From Dipteris shenzhenensis (taxonomy: Eukaryota), in the NCBI GenBank assembly GCA_047967505.1, contig CM106538.1: a stretch of DNA of 64,000 nucleotides; one strand, 5' to 3'. This document shows, in pieces, positions 1 through 14,344 of this stretch. Every line of letters starts with the position of its first letter. The first letter of the stretch is position 1. A program made the position numbers and the translations under genes. The notes beneath the pieces were generated by a model. It searched no databases and had not been told where the DNA came from. It saw nothing but the letters and a program-made list of their open reading frames with translations.

Positions 1-1470
1 AATTTCTATTCCGCTGCAAGGTGTAATTTAGCACCTCCCACTCCACATGAGTTATATACATAAATGAAGAGCACTCAAAACACCCCTCATGAGTCAAGAG
101 TACAAACTCCAAACCACCCCGTACCCACACCACCTTAGATTACTCTTAGCCCAACAGGTGGTAGAGCTACCAACCTTCCCCCCTTCAGTAGTTAGGAGTC
201 CCTTCTAAATCACAAAGCCGCAAGCCTCCCCCTATGTAGTCAGGTGGCTTCTAGATCACAGACTTGCCAGCCTACTCTTGTGCAGTCAGAAGCCTCTTCT
301 CCAAAGGCGAGTGCCCATCACGGTAGCTCATCATGACATGGTAGGAGGCATAGTAGCAGGGAGAGCTCTTATGCATGGCACATGCTTTGGGGGTGGGGAT
401 GATTCAAATGCAAACATGCCAGAGGGTGATGGTTAATCTACTATGTATCATTGAGATAGGCAGCATCTTGCATGATGCACAAGGGAAGGATGTCATGTCC
501 TTCATGTGCTCTGCAGTTCATAACTGTTAGCTATCAATGCTCCACTCTCGTGTAACTACATGGGAACTAGCTAACTCTACTTGTAAGCCCCCCATATGAG
601 GAGAAGGCATTTGAGTAGCTCGATTATCCAATAGGTCTTGGTTTGGACACCAAATGGGAGCCATGTGTGGCATGATGGCTGGATGGCTTTAGATAGAGTT
701 GGCACACTGCCAACTAGGCTACATGCAAGTACCGGAAGGCATCCCTTGACTAACCGCACTGAGGGTAGATGGAGCATTTCTTGGGGCAGCCCACTCTTGA
801 GTTGCGGGGCTCGTTTGGAGCCCCAGATGATCTCGGATGGTCAAACAGTGATCGTAGGATAGTTGCTCTATTTTGCACCACGGTTCTGACACATGGTCGG
901 TGGCCTATTTTAGGACTGACCTCCAGTTAGCCGCTTTGGGTCGACTGGGTCGGTCTCCCAATTGGGTCTAACTGACTATGACTGGTGGCTATATAAGAGC
1001 AAGCCCATGAAGCCCATCATCATCATTGGGTATAGCAACCCTGATTCCTTAGCATCCAGCCTCCGTCCTCTATTGTTTCCAATATGCCATCGAAGCTTCT
1101 CACACAGGAGCACACGGCTGGGAGGCAGCGCCATCTATTGTATCAATTTTACAGTAATCAAAATTTTTGATTCTCCATACCATCTGCTTTTCTCTCTTGC
1201 ATACGAGATCTTATTATCTATTGAGCACAGACGTTGTATTATTTTCTTACAATGACAACTACAAAGATTGCTTTATTCCATTCAAAGAGTAGAAAAAAAG
1301 TTTGGCTGATGATACCATCAAGACTATACGTAGGAGGTATCCCAATCTAGAACATGTTGAGTTCACTGACAAATGGGCAAAGACAAGGATTACCACTATC
1401 CTTGCCACCAATAAGAGGTCTTTGCTTAAGATGCAGGTAGTAGTTGAGATTGCTAGTAGAGAGGGAGGAC

Positions 1471-1723
1471 CTAGGGGGGTTCACCTCAAAAAAATTTAGT
1501 GTACCACATACATTCAAAAGGAGGGGTATTTGAATTCCACTTTAAAAAATTGATAGGTTTACGATAACAGGAGGGGTTTATTAATTCAACTCTAGAAAAA
1601 ATCCGTTATCTTATAAGTAAAGAGAGGTGGTTTTATTAGGTAGGAAATTTTAGCTGAGGGGTTTTTTAAATACCCCTTGAACGCACGTGATACATAGGGT
1701 TTCTTAGTAGTGCAACCCCCGAG
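1471..1723. mobile_element. ~250-bp MITE, subfamily B (CTCGGGGGG-type TIR, 8-bp TSD)
   Basis: Ends CTAGGGGGGTTCAC...GTGCAACCCCCGAG; flanks GGGAGGAC (1463-1470) / GAGAGGAC (1724-1731), 7/8 match; interior similar to copies at 29356, 40244 and 48106. Confidence 0.85.
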
Positions 1724-1879
1724 GAGAGGACAACCACCAAGGGGCTAGCCACACATTGCTCATAAGAATGAGTGGAAGAAAGCCATGAAGGAAGCAACAA
1801 AAGAGGACCCCAATCTGTAGCACGTGGAGGAATGATAGATCCAAATGGAGCGATGTGGAAATGTGCATTTTGGAGTAGC

Positions 1880-2779
1880 GGATATTGCATGATTGAGATG
1901 ACAGACTTAGGCTTGATGCACTACTATTTGGGGATTGAAGTCTGGCAAGGCCATGCAAGATCTTCATCTCTTAGCAAAAATATGCAAGGGAGATCTTGAA
2001 GGCATTTGGTATGTCCAAGTGCAAGGAGATAGCTACACCTATGGAGGTAAATGCGAGGCCATCTATGGAGGATGCCTCACCACCAGACATCGGGAGGTAC
2101 ATGAAGTTGGTCAGCAGTCTCATCTATCTATGCAACACCGAACCGGGCATCAGTTTTTCTATTGGCGTTTTGAGCAGGTTCTCCAATAAGCCCCGGGAGA
2201 ATCATTGGAATGCAGGGATGTGGGTGCTCAGGTATGTGAAGGGCACTCTTGATTATGGCATCACCTATGGTACGGGTACTTCCTTGGCTAGTCATTGTGA
2301 CTTAGATTGGGGCTGGAGATGTTGATTCTAGGAAATTAGATTTTGGATATTGTTTCTCTTTAGGTTCAGGTATCTTCTCTTGGATCAGTAAGAAACAACC
2401 AATAGTGGCATTGTCTTCTACCAAGGTTGAGTACAAGGTAGCATGTTTTGCTGCTTGTGAAGAAGTGTGGCTGAGGAGGATCTTATGGCACATGGGAGTT
2501 CAAGAGGATGAGGCAACTGTGGTGAGGCGCGACAATCAAAGTTGCATGCCCATTGCTAAAAATCTAGTGTTTCATGCGCGCACAAAACCTATAGAGATTC
2601 AGTATCACTATGTGCATGATTTGATCACGGGATAGTGGAATTGGTCTACTATCCAACAGAGCAAAATGGAGCAGATATCTTCACCAAGGCACTCCGAAAG
2701 GATCAGCTTCAGGGTCATCTTCAGAGACTCGGTAGTGGGCGAGAAGGTAGTTCACTGATAGGTGGACATTGAGGGGGGG
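1880..2779 (+). pseudogene. pol: Degenerate Ty1/Copia RT-RNaseH 3' fragment with polypurine tract
   Basis: Motifs EMTDLGLMHYYLGIEV, KKQPIVALSSTKVEY and FHARTKPIEIQYHYV, broken by frameshifts; PPT TGAGGGGGGG immediately before TGTTAG at 2780. Confidence 0.9.
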
Positions 2780-3312
2780 TGTTAGATATCTCAAATGGAT
2801 CCCAACTTGCATGTCAGACGAGGTCTATTAATGAGACTGTTGATTGTAGAAAGGTGATTGTGTGGGAGCCTCTTGCTCTCGCTGGGGTCTGTGGACCAAC
2901 GGCCCCCCTAGTGGGGGTTCGGGGGGAAGAGCCATTGAGGCAACAGTATAGAGAATATTCCTTGAATATTCCATGGACAACTAGTCGATTGCATCGACTA
3001 GATTGATTGGTCGGCTTCATCGACTAGGTTGACTGGTCAGTTCCATCGACTATGTTGATCCAACTACCGCCCTCATAGCTATAAAGAGGCGACCTCCCCA
3101 GTCCATTGTACCATATCAGATCTTCCAACTAGTAGCTTTTCACCTAGTATCTATCTAGATCGCCATCTAAGCTCCACTGTGGTTGTGCATGGGTGGATGG
3201 AACCATCATCTGTACTACATCAATATTGAAGAAAATTTTGTTCATCTCCAGGTTGTTGTGTACTCTCTAGTCTTTGTTCAGTTTTTGTTTCGCTGCGCCA
3301 TGTAATTTAGCA
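2780..3312 (+). repeat. Probable 3' LTR of the Copia fragment (right end uncertain)
   Basis: Starts TG directly after the PPT; contains a TATA-like CTATAAA near 3080; the partner LTR was not found. Confidence 0.55.
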
Positions 3313-3317
3313 GTACA

Positions 3318-4745
3318 TGAACGCATGGGAGATCATGCATCCCTGTAAGAAAGACTCTATCAACAATAAATGAGAGACAAATGAAGCACTACTACATCAA
3401 CCTGCAAGCTATCCTCGACAAAAATCAAGATTTCAGAACCCCAAGTCTTCTTTAGTTAGTGTTAGATTGTATCACCAGCACTCACTTGCATATGTCTATC
3501 TTTGCAAATACAGGTAGCATCAACCAATTTCAAACTAGGGCTCTAAAGTGATGCCTGAGTCCCTACGAAATCCCAACAATAATTTAAAAAAGCATATAGT
3601 TAGTCCCTACCTAGTTACTAGGTCACGTGCACTCACATGCTTTCACTTAGACACATAGACGATTGCATGAATAATTGTGCCATACACTTTCATTCCACAC
3701 TCTCAAAGCATGTGTAATAATAAGATTTGTCACAATACACACAAAAATGTCATACCTGCATGCCAACTAATCTAATGATCAATGGTACAACATATGAACA
3801 TGGATGCAGGTTTGAAAACAATGCCACCACTAAAGAGGATGTGAAGAAAGAGCATACCACCTCAGCCACCACAAGATGCCCTCCAATGTTCACAACCATC
3901 TACCTCCACTCAACCATAGTGACTACAAGAATTTTTGGCTTAGAGTGATATTTCTGAGTAGGATTCTATGCATGACATGGAAACACAAGAAGAACAAATG
4001 CCACCCCCGTCACTAGCAGCCTACACAACCATTGATGAGGCCACCTACATTGACTTATGCTCTTTCCAATGCAACAACATCTTTCTTAGAGAAAAGGGGT
4101 CTGGGAAGTTTGTATGAGAGCCTAAAATACTTGGACAGTCCCACAATGACCATGTACATGAGGGATTTTCTCCATTCTTACCACTCCAATGATGCACAGC
4201 TTGGAAAGTACGTCACCATCACTACACATCAGATCCCACTCAAGATTATCCTTGATAGTACAGTGATTCAAAGGGCCTTCTCACTCCCAACTCAAGGTGA
4301 AAAATACCTTATAAGGACTATCGATGCTAAATTTCTTGAAATACAGCCTCTCCTCTCGCCAAGGGCACAAAGTTCCATAGGTACGGGATATTACTTCGCA
4401 CCATCATTAACCCTTGCCTCAAGGAAGCAACACAATTCCTATCCATAATCCTGGGGGTTAAGTGCAGCAAGAATTTATCCTTTCCACTCTGCATATTTGT
4501 TTTGCTGAGTAGAAATGTGACAATTATAGACAGCATCCAGCACTTAGTCATCTTCTTCATAAAAAACCCGATGGTTCATTAGGGCAAAAATGTAAAATTC
4601 CAAACTTATTGGATGTAATCATCAATAAAGAGCTACACGAATGAGGAATGGCTCTGCCCAAGTCACCAAAACCTATTGAGGAGTTGGACATTCCCTTCTC
4701 ACCAGCATGGGAGTTGTCACCACAACTTATCCTACTATCACATTA
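3318..4745 (+). pseudogene. Decayed 3' part of an Athila-like Gypsy element (integrase tail, 3' region, extra ORF)
   Basis: Colinear with 50520-51103 and 55860-57560 (e.g. TYALSNATTSFLEKRGLG vs TYALSQEATSYLEQRGLG). Confidence 0.8.
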
Positions 4746-4749
4746 GCAA

Positions 4750-5886
4750 ATGCGATTACCTCAAGATGCACCACCATTTCTCTGCAATCAACTCCCCAAA
4801 ATCAGGAAAATTCTCACGGATGGCAATGGATGTTCGGAACTGTGCATAATCCTTTCCTAGACCATTCAAGGTCACAGAAACTAAATCATCATCTTCCACT
4901 GGTGACCCAATAGAAGCAAGTGCATCTGCACTCTTCTTCACCTTCATGTGGTAGTCATTAATGCTCATATTTTCTCTCTACACATTATGCAACTCCTGCT
5001 TGAGCTCCATTTTCCTAGCTTGCATATTTGTGCTATACATTTTTGTCAAAGTATCCCATGCCTCCTTCGGCGTGCTTGCATCGTGAATATCCATAATCAT
5101 AGAATCTAAAATACAGATAGATAGCCAGTACATAACTTTTCTGGATCTCTCATGTCAGCCTTTAAATGCCTGCAACTCCTGTTGATTGGGAACATTAGGA
5201 ATAACCGGTTCTTGTTCAACTCCAGTAATGAACTCCCAATAGCCTTTTCCCTTAAGGAAATTCATCTTTCTAAACTTCCATGCTAGGAAGTTGTTATTGT
5301 CAAGATTTTCATTGACAATCTATGAAAGAGCATCAGATGCCATTACAAAACATTGCAAAAATAATCTATCACTGCAAAAAACACAACTTCTGCCTCAAGG
5401 GCAAATCTGCAAAATTGACGAAAGTGGTATTTGACCACACAGCCACTTCCTAGTGATGATTTGCATCAATAGGCAATAAGAATGATTCTGTGACTCTCAA
5501 TATCTCTGGGCACGAGCATATGATGCAATTTTTGTGGCAACATTCTGCCGACTTGCAGAACAGTGGTCGCACAGGAAAAATAAGGCGCTTTTCTGAGTGC
5601 CTGCGCAAAACTTCCGCCACCAAAATGGGCCTGAAATGGCCTCAAATCAAAAAAATAATGTCACCAAGGGCTTTGACCTTGTCCCGCAGCATATACTGCC
5701 CTTCTTGCCGCACTGCGAAGGGCATCCCAATCTAAAATAGTGTACTCTTGCACTTTCCGGTTGTGCTACCTACATACATTTGCTCCCAGACTTGAAAAAG
5801 GAAAGCAACACTGATCCTCTTACCAAGACACTGCAAACTTGGTTTGCTTTCTTGAGCTCCTTACCACGAATCAAGCTCTGATACCA
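4750..5886 (-). pseudogene. gag: Copia gag remnant, 5' leader and tRNA-Met PBS
   Basis: UBN2-like gag text (SINDYHMKVKKSADALASIGSPVEDDDLVSVTLNGL); PBS TGGTATCAGAGC on the minus strand at 5875-5886, adjoining an LTR that starts at 5887 and is split by the next element. Confidence 0.8.
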
Positions 5887-6054
5887 TGTGATGAGAGTGG
5901 GAGAGAAGTAAGGAGTCTCACTTGTAGCTTTCTCACATACACAATGGGGGAATACACATAAAGGTGGAGGCTGAAAACAGTTTTCCTCTTCTTATAAGTT
6001 GTGAAAGCCAAAAGAACTCTCTCTTAGTACAATAGAATAAATGAACCCTATATG

Positions 6055-9000
6055 TGAAGGAACACAAATGGAGACAAAAAGTGAACACCAGTGAATGGAT
6101 GTGCTCACACACGAAAGCTCCAACAGATGTTCAATAGATAAGAATACAAAGTACTTGGCATATATAGTGACCAAGTAGAACATAAAAATAAACCAAGTAC
6201 TAGACTAGCCTACAAGGTCATATCTTTGTATATGTCTACAAATCCCCCCTCAAAGATATGACTGAAGTACTCTGGAAACGTGTCAGAAGTACCTAGGGAA
6301 CCTAAAGTACCATGGTTGCACAAATTCATCCATCAGGATATAGCAACCTATGGGGTAACACATGAATAACAATGTCATTTTATAACCCCCCCTGACATTG
6401 TTGTTATATCTCGTATCCCCAAGCTGTGTCGGTGACGAGTAAAAAGTGGAGCTGACAGGCTTTTAGTGAAGATATCCACCACATTATCCTCAGTAGGACA
6501 ATAGATAAGATCAATGAAGCCATCCTGTATACAATCCTAAACATAATGATAATGATTCTCAATATGTTTCATGCGGGCATGAAAGACAGGATTTTTCCCA
6601 ATGGCAATGCAACTCACCCTGTCACACAAAATGGAGGTGGCCTCACCATGTTGTGCATGATGCAAATCAAACATAAGCTTCCTTAACCACATTACTTCTG
6701 TAGTGGCTGCGTTTGTTGCTCTATACTCTGCTTCACTAGAGGAAAGAGAAACACGGTCTTGCTTTTTACTGAGCCAAGAAATGCAAGCTGAACCCAATGA
6801 AAAACAATAACCCGTGGTGGATTTTCTATCATCCATATCCCTTGACCAATCTGAGTCTCTGAAACCACTCAGAGAAATGTCACAATTTGCAGCATAGTGC
6901 AATCCATGAGTAAGAGTGCCCTGCAGATATCTGAGAACCCTCTTGGCTTCTTGCCAGTGTGACAATGCATAAACTGACTTAGCAACCCAGTGGCATGTGC
7001 AATATCAGCCCTTGTAAAACACAGATAGATAAGACTACACACCAACTATCTGTAAAGTGTGCCATCAAACTTCTCTGCTATGTCATGCTTTGAAAGCTTG
7101 AGTCCTTTGGTCAATGGAGTGGCCACAGGTTTGCAATTTTGCATCTTAAATTTCTGCAAGAGACTCTTTGCATACTTTGTTTGGGACATACATATCCCTT
7201 CCTGGGTTTTCCAAAACTCAATACCAAGACAATAGTGCAAGAGACCCAAATCTGTCATATCAAATGTCTGACACAATGCTGTTTTGATGGCTGCAATTTG
7301 CTGATTACTACTGCCTGTGAGTAGTATATCATCCACATAAAGAACTAAAATCAGCAAATCTGATTTTTCTTGCAGAACATAGAGGTTGGACTCTGTATGT
7401 GTGTTCACAAAGCCCTGGGATAGCAAATACTAATGTATCTTATGATACCAAGCACGGGGTGCTTGTTTTAGCCCATACAATGCCTTGCGTAGCCTGCAAA
7501 CCTTGTGTTCTTGTCCCGTAACTTCAAATCCTTGGGGTTGCTACACATAAACTTCCTCTTGTAAATCACCATTCAAGAAGGCAGTCTTGACATCCATCTG
7601 AAAGATGGGCCAGCCATAACTTGCAGCAAGAGAGATGACAAACCGAATGGTAGTCATCTTGGCTACCGGAGCAAATGTTTCCTCATAATCCACTCCCTCC
7701 TCTTGGGCATACCCCTTGGCAACTAGCCGGGCCTTGTGTTTTTCAATAGTGCCATCTGCATGGTACTTAACTTTATAGATCCATTTGGTACCAACCACAT
7801 TCTTCCCAATGGGCTTATCAACCAAATCCCATGTGGCATTCCTTTCAATGAAACTAATTTCAGATTTCATGGCTTCCTGCCATGCAGGATGTTTCATGGC
7901 ATCCTCAAATCTTTGAGGTTCAGTTTCAGCTGCCATAACTGAAGCCATCAAAGCATAATTCACCTGTGATGATGCATTCCTTGTGGCTATCCTGGCCTCC
8001 CTAAAGTTGGCTGAACATTAGCCTCTTTGAGGGTCAACCGTGCCCATTTTGGGACTGAATTTGCAGCACCACCACTGGCTGGACCACTGTTGGTATGGCG
8101 AGGTAAAGGATTCCAAACATGTGGCTGTCCTGCCCCACTAGTTGGCTGCCCTTCTGGAACATTTGAGGGAAATCCCCCCTCAACATATGGCACCAAATCT
8201 GAACTGGGTGAGGAGGATAAAGACTCCATCTCATTACTATCAAACTGAACAATATCAAGAGGCACATCATCATATGGTGGCAAATCAACATTGACCGGTT
8301 GCATGGTTTCATTTTCAGTAAAGACAACATCTCTACTGATAATAATCCTCCGAGTAACAGGATCATACAAACAAAAACCTTTACTCTCAATACTATACCC
8401 CACAAATATGCATTTGACACTCTTGTCATCAAGTTTAGTTCTATGTTGAGCAGGAATTAGAGCATAAGCAACCGACCCAAAAATTCTGAAGTGATTTACC
8501 TTGGGCTTGTACCCATAGTATGCCTCAAATGGTGTCCTGTTAACCAAAGCTTTTGTTGGGCATCTGTTCAAGATGTATGTGGCTGTAGTAATGGCTTCTC
8601 CCCAAAATCCTTTTGAGATTTTCTTGAATTTCAGCATGCATCTGGTCATTTCTACAAGAGTAGAATCCTATTCTTCCTTTCAGCAATAGGATTGTGCTGG
8701 GGTGTGTATGGCACAGTTAAATGATGTTTGATGCCATGTTCTTGCAAATAGCTTGCAAATACCTCTGAAGTATACTCTCCCCCTCTATCTGTGTTGAGTG
8801 TTTGTATCTTGGAATTGGTCTGATTCTCATCCATAGCCTTGAATATCTTGAACCAATAAAACACTTCGGATTTGTTCTTCATGAGGAAGAGCCATGTAAA
8901 TCTGGAGTAGTCATTAATGAAGGTAACAAAGTACCTTGCCCCTCTATGAGTAGTAACATTCATGGGGCCACAAACATCACTGTGCACTATTTGCAATGCT

Positions 9001-11527
9001 CTTATTGCTTTCACATCACCTTTCCCATCCTTTTTGAAAGGTAAGCGGTGCAATTTGCCAAGGGCACACCCTTCACATACTTCATTAACTAGCTGCTGTA
9101 ATTTTGGCATTCCAATAACCATGTTGTTGTTAAACAAATAGGTCAAAGCCCTGTGATGGATATGGCCAAACCTGGCATGCCATAAATCACCCTGAGATAC
9201 ACATGATACAGCCATAGCATGCTGATTATAAGGCTGAGCATCAAGCTTGTACAGCCCTTTTTCATAAGTGCCTGTAGCCACAATAGCATAACCCTTTTTA
9301 GGATCCTTAATCCTGCATTGGCTACCTTGAAACTCTACCAACATATGTTGATCATGAGCAATGGAGGAAACTGAAATCAGATTCTTCTTCAAATCTGGAA
9401 CATACCAAACATCACGGATGTATTGTTTCTTTCGTGAACCATCCAAGAGAATAGGAACATGTCCCACTCCAGTGATATCCTGAGTGGCATCATTGGCACA
9501 AACAACATGTCTGCCATGGACCCGTATAATGTCCTCAAACCAATCTCTGTGATGAGTCATATGCTTAGAAGCACCACTATCCAAGTACCAAGGATCAGTG
9601 GTGGCCAAAGATTCATCAATACCCTCTGACACTGGCTCAATAAGAGCATGAGCATGTGTAGCATGTGACATACTGGGCTCCCCCCCTGTGTCAATGATCT
9701 CATGATCCACAACACCAAAGGCAAAGTCCTTGTCATCCTGGGCATAATGTGCATGAGAAGAGGCATTTGAATTTTCAGTAGGTGCCACAAAATTACTATT
9801 TGTAGTCCCCCTCTTCTTCTCATTAACAATCCTCTTCTGACACTTGGCAATGTAATGACCAGGCTTTTTGCAATAGTTACATTTACCCTTTTTCTTAGAG
9901 GCGGGACTTGCCTGAGAACTTGCATTTGCCTCACTTTTGGGCTGAAATCCATTGCTGTTTTTTTTGTGAAAGTATCCTCCTTTTGACTGAAATTTGTTCT
10001 TTCCCTGCATAGCAAGAGCTTGCTCACCTTGGCGAGATGAATGAGCAAAATTAGAGGTTCTTTCCTCTTCTTGCAGGAGCAGCCCTACCAACTCATCAAA
10101 TGAGACAGGTGCAGCTCTAAGCATGATAGACAAAGAGGTAACAAAAGTGCCAAATGATGGAGCCAGGCTATTGAGAGTGATAGTGACCAACTTTCTGTCT
10201 TCTATCTCCTCAACAACACCTGCTAATTGATCTCTAAGATCAGTAATCTTAGCAATATGCTCTGCAATTGTTTGCCCTTCTTCCATCTTCAACTCCTTGA
10301 GTTGATTTGTCAAAGCTAGCACTCTAGCTTCATTTTTGACTTGATACATAGATGCCAGTTTATCCCAAGCATCTTTAGCATACCTGCAGGACTTGATAGT
10401 AGACATAATGTACCTCTTCACTGAGAGGGATATCAAAGGTAAAGCCTGGGCATTTCTTCTATCAAACTTCCTTTGCTCCTCCAATAGAGCAGGAGTAGGA
10501 GCTGTGGATGTAGATGTGATGGATGAAGATGAACTAGTTGCAGCAGCAGCTGGCCTAGTTTCATCACCACTCACAATGTCCCACAAGCCCTTGCCAACCA
10601 AAATATTGCGGAGCATAAATGACCACAAGGCATAGTTTGATCCTTCCAATTTATCCCCTTCAGTGATAGTGCCAAAGCTTTCAGAAAGAGACATTTTTCC
10701 TTGACAAATAACTGACAAGAAGATTTGGGTCTCCAAGAAGCAGGAAAAGAGTGCTGAAGCAAATCGATTTGAAGTAAGAGCTTCCGAGGTGGATGTCAGT
10801 TTGATTCGGGGCTAGAAATTGCTGAGAAGAGCACCAATGTAGCAGTAGATGAACTCGTATTGAAGAAGATGGCTGCTGCTGCTGAGAAGAGCATCAATGC
10901 AACTATAGGAGACTATTGTAGGCACTAAAAACAGCAAGAGGAGATGCCAGAAAGTGCTGGAAATCAGGACGACCTGAAGTAGAAGCCCTCGGGCTCAAGG
11001 GCGACCTGATTTTTGGGTCAAGAGCAAGGAAAAATGATCAAAAAGAGGGGCGAAGTGAAGGCGACCTGATCTGAAGCTGTTCGGGCTGAAGTTTAAGTGA
11101 AAACGAGCTGAAAATCAGTAGCATTGGTTGTCGACCAAGTCCTGGAGAGAGGCGACCTGAAGAAGACCTCCCGGGGCAGCAAAAATCTCAAGTTCTTCAC
11201 GGCAACTGACTGAAAAACGAGCTGGAAACTGAAGTGGGCTGAATGTAGGATTGAGAGCAACACGAGGACACGAGAGAACTTGCCACAAGATGGAAGGCAA
11301 GGCTGAATCTAGGTTCAACTGACTGAGGCTCAGATACCACTTGAAGGAACACAAATGGAGACAAAAAGTGAACACCAGTGAATGGATGTGCTCACACACG
11401 AAAGCTCCAACAGATGTTCAATAGATAAGAATACAAAGTACTTGGCATATATAGTGACCAAGTAGAACATAAAAATAAACCAAGTACTAGACTAGCCTAC
11501 AAGGTCATATCTTTGTATATGTCTACA
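6055..11527 (-). mobile_element. Full-length Ty1/Copia LTR retrotransposon with identical 186-bp LTRs and a disrupted gag-pol
   Basis: LTRs 6055-6240 and 11342-11527 (TG...CA, identical by eye); 5-bp TSD ATATG (6050-6054, 11528-11532); PBS TGGTATCTGAGC (11328-11339); PPT at 6241-6252. Confidence 0.97.
6400..10736 (-). pseudogene. gag-pol: Copia gag-pol polyprotein (gag, CCHC knuckle, protease, integrase, RT, RNaseH) with several lesions
   Basis: [64 protein letters not shown] and LYVDDILL; in-frame TAG stops at 7541, 7430, 7046 and 6537; frameshifts near 8660, 7990 and 6965. Confidence 0.95.
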
Positions 11528-11659
11528 ATATGTGGATCTCAAACCAAACTCAGCTAACTAAGGTGGCATACTAACTGAGCCACTAACTAGAGTACATAAA
11601 GATAGTTATCATCTAGTTATTATTCATGGGCGGTGTACCAACCACATCTGCAGCTAACA

Positions 11660-12820
11660 AATCAGTGACATAAATGCACAATGGTCACCCTGGCATATCA
11701 CGAGTGGAGCTCGATATCTCAACAGGACGATCATGGAGATCCTAGAATATAAGAAGGGCATTAGGAGACCCTTACCATATCCAAGTCGGCTCTTTTTGGG
11801 AGTGGGGAGGCATAGCATGGCTAGGAGGCGAGGGTGTGGGACCCCTTGTACTCGGAGCTTCCTATGTGACATGTGGCAACCATGCAACGACTGCCTACAA
11901 TAGATTGTTTTAGGGTCCATAGACAGTATTTAGCTTCACAATTGTAAAGCCAAAAAACCGACTATGGGTAAGGCTCTAGATTAGTGTTTTTCTAAGTTAA
12001 TAGACTCTGATTTTGTGGTGCCATCTCGAGTTCCTTGTTCTTTATACATATTGCAGCTTCTCGTGATTATTGAGCACTTGCATGCAAATTCTACAATCAA
12101 TAACCTAACAATGGCATCAGAGCAGTGTTAGAAGGTATCATGGAAGGTGATTTGAGGAGTGTGCAAGATTAGACTGCATGTTAAAGAAATCATATAGAGT
12201 GGTACTGTCCTTCAAATACACAGTTTGGTTCTTCCCTCAAGATGGTCGACGGCCCCACATAGCTTGCAATCAAGTTTGTAGAAGACAAAGAGAGCCAATC
12301 GATTTATTGGTGGCTAAAGCTTGCTTCAGAGCTATTGTAGAAGGTTCCTAAATGATGCAATGGTTAATATAAAGAAGGAGGATTCTGGAGACGCTATTCG
12401 GGGTATGTATGAAGCACTCAAAGGCAATACTAAAGCAAGAATTGTTTGATCCAAAGATGGATGATTGTGAAAATTTGGGAACATTTTTAAATAGAATGCA
12501 ATTGCTCTTGAGGAAGTTACATGAGCTTGGCTCATGAGTCGAAGCTGACGACAACAAGAAGGCAATCCTCTTAAAGAGTTTACCATCAAAATTTAGTGAA
12601 ACTACATGGGTGTTACATTTGGATGAAGATGCTGACTATCTTGATTGTGTTGGTCTTCTTCTTAAGGAGAGATGATCTACTGTAATCATTTGGAGACAGT
12701 TCATTCACAGCAAAAGAAAATAAGCGATCAACAAGAAAAAGATCAAATCGTCATGTTTGTCATTATTGTGGTCGTGAAGGGCATATTGAAAGGTACTATT
12801 ATATAAGACAAAAAGAATTG
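11660..12820 (+). pseudogene. gag: Old Copia-type LTR end, PBS and decayed gag
   Basis: LTR-like end ...CCTAACA at 12110, PBS TGGCATCAGAGC at 12112-12123, then gag-like text (LLKSLPSKF; a CHYCGREGH knuckle near 12760). Confidence 0.65.
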
Positions 12821-12859
12821 TGGTTAATTGAGCTGTGGGAGAAAAAGTATCCTGATAAT

Positions 12860-13610
12860 CAAAACCATGTACCTATGCAAATCCTTTTGCCACGAGCCAA
12901 GCCTTGTACTTATCCAATGTGCCGTTGGACTTGTACTTGGTCTTGTACACCCACTTGGTACCGATTACCTTGCATTTTGGTGGTCGATCCACAAGGTCCC
13001 AAGTGTTGTTCTTCACTATGGAGCCATACACCGATTGCATAGCCTCCATCCACCTATCATCACCCTATGCCTCTTCAAGACAATTGGGTTCATCAGCACG
13101 GATCACCTCTCTCATCAAAGCGTAGTTGACCAAGTGTTCCTGCACCCTTCTTTGCTCCTCTAATCTCTTGGACCGGCGGTGTTCAAATGGTTCCTCCTCA
13201 ATGGCTGGAGGTTCTCTACCGTCCAAAAGCTGCTTTACCCACTTCAGGAATGGCCATTTCCATTGTGATTCCATAGGCTCTTCTTCCTCTTCTTTATCTT
13301 GAATCCTCCCAAGCACTATTGGGGGAGTTCGGTCTACTGTTGGTGGCGGTATTGGATGGATATCCTGGTCTTGGTTGTCTAGGAAGGAAGCATCCTCCTC
13401 CAATTGATGTGGCTGTTCTGAGAAGACCACATCGCGACTTACAATTACCTTCTTGGTAACAGGGTTATAGAGACGGTAACCCTTCGTCTCTTCATTGTAG
13501 CCCAAGAAAATACACTTCCGGCTCTTCGGTTCCCATTAAATTGGTCCTGGTAGCATCAGGGACATGCACAAAACAATCACATCCAAAAACTCTAAAATGT
13601 GCAGTTGAAG
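12860..13610 (-). pseudogene. pol: Copia integrase C-terminus / RT N-terminus fragment
   Basis: GYNEETKGYRLYNPVTKKVIVSRDVVFSE followed by EPNCLEEA and WDLVD-type RT start. Confidence 0.85.
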
Positions 13611-13669
13611 GTTTCTTACCAAAAAAGGCTTGCAATGGAGTCATCCCATTCACAACCTTCGTGTAGCAG

Positions 13670-13771
13670 CGCGAGAAAGAGAGGAGAGAGTGGGAGCGAG
13701 AGAAAAATAGAGAGAGTGGGGCACACTACTGTGGCAACACGTGAGAGAGAGAGGGAGGGGGGAGTGGGGGA

Positions 13772-13862
<91 letters not shown>

Positions 13863-13959
13863 AGAGAGAGTGGGAGAGCAAGAGAAGAGAGAGAGGCATA
13901 GCGCATGACCGAGAGAGAGAAAAAGAGAGGAGAGAGTGGGAGAGAGAGAGTCTATGGGG

Positions 13960-13994
<35 letters not shown>

Positions 13995-14147
13995 GGGGGG
14001 GGGGGGAGGGGATGAAGCGAGAGAGAGAGAAGAGAGGAGAGTGTGGGAGAGGCGCACTGCCGCGGCAGTGCGAGAGAGAGAGAGAGAGAGGAGAGAGTGG
14101 GGGGAGAGAGAGAGATAGAGAGCAGAGAGAGGAGAGAAAGAGAGGGG

Positions 14148-14236
<89 letters not shown>

Positions 14237-14271
14237 GAGTGTGGGAGAGGCGCATTGCCATGACAATGCAC

Positions 14272-14344
<73 letters not shown>

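Noticed and set aside
1-1460. Short ORFs at the window start
   Set aside because: No recognisable domains; probably decayed retroelement or LTR sequence whose boundaries I cannot fix.
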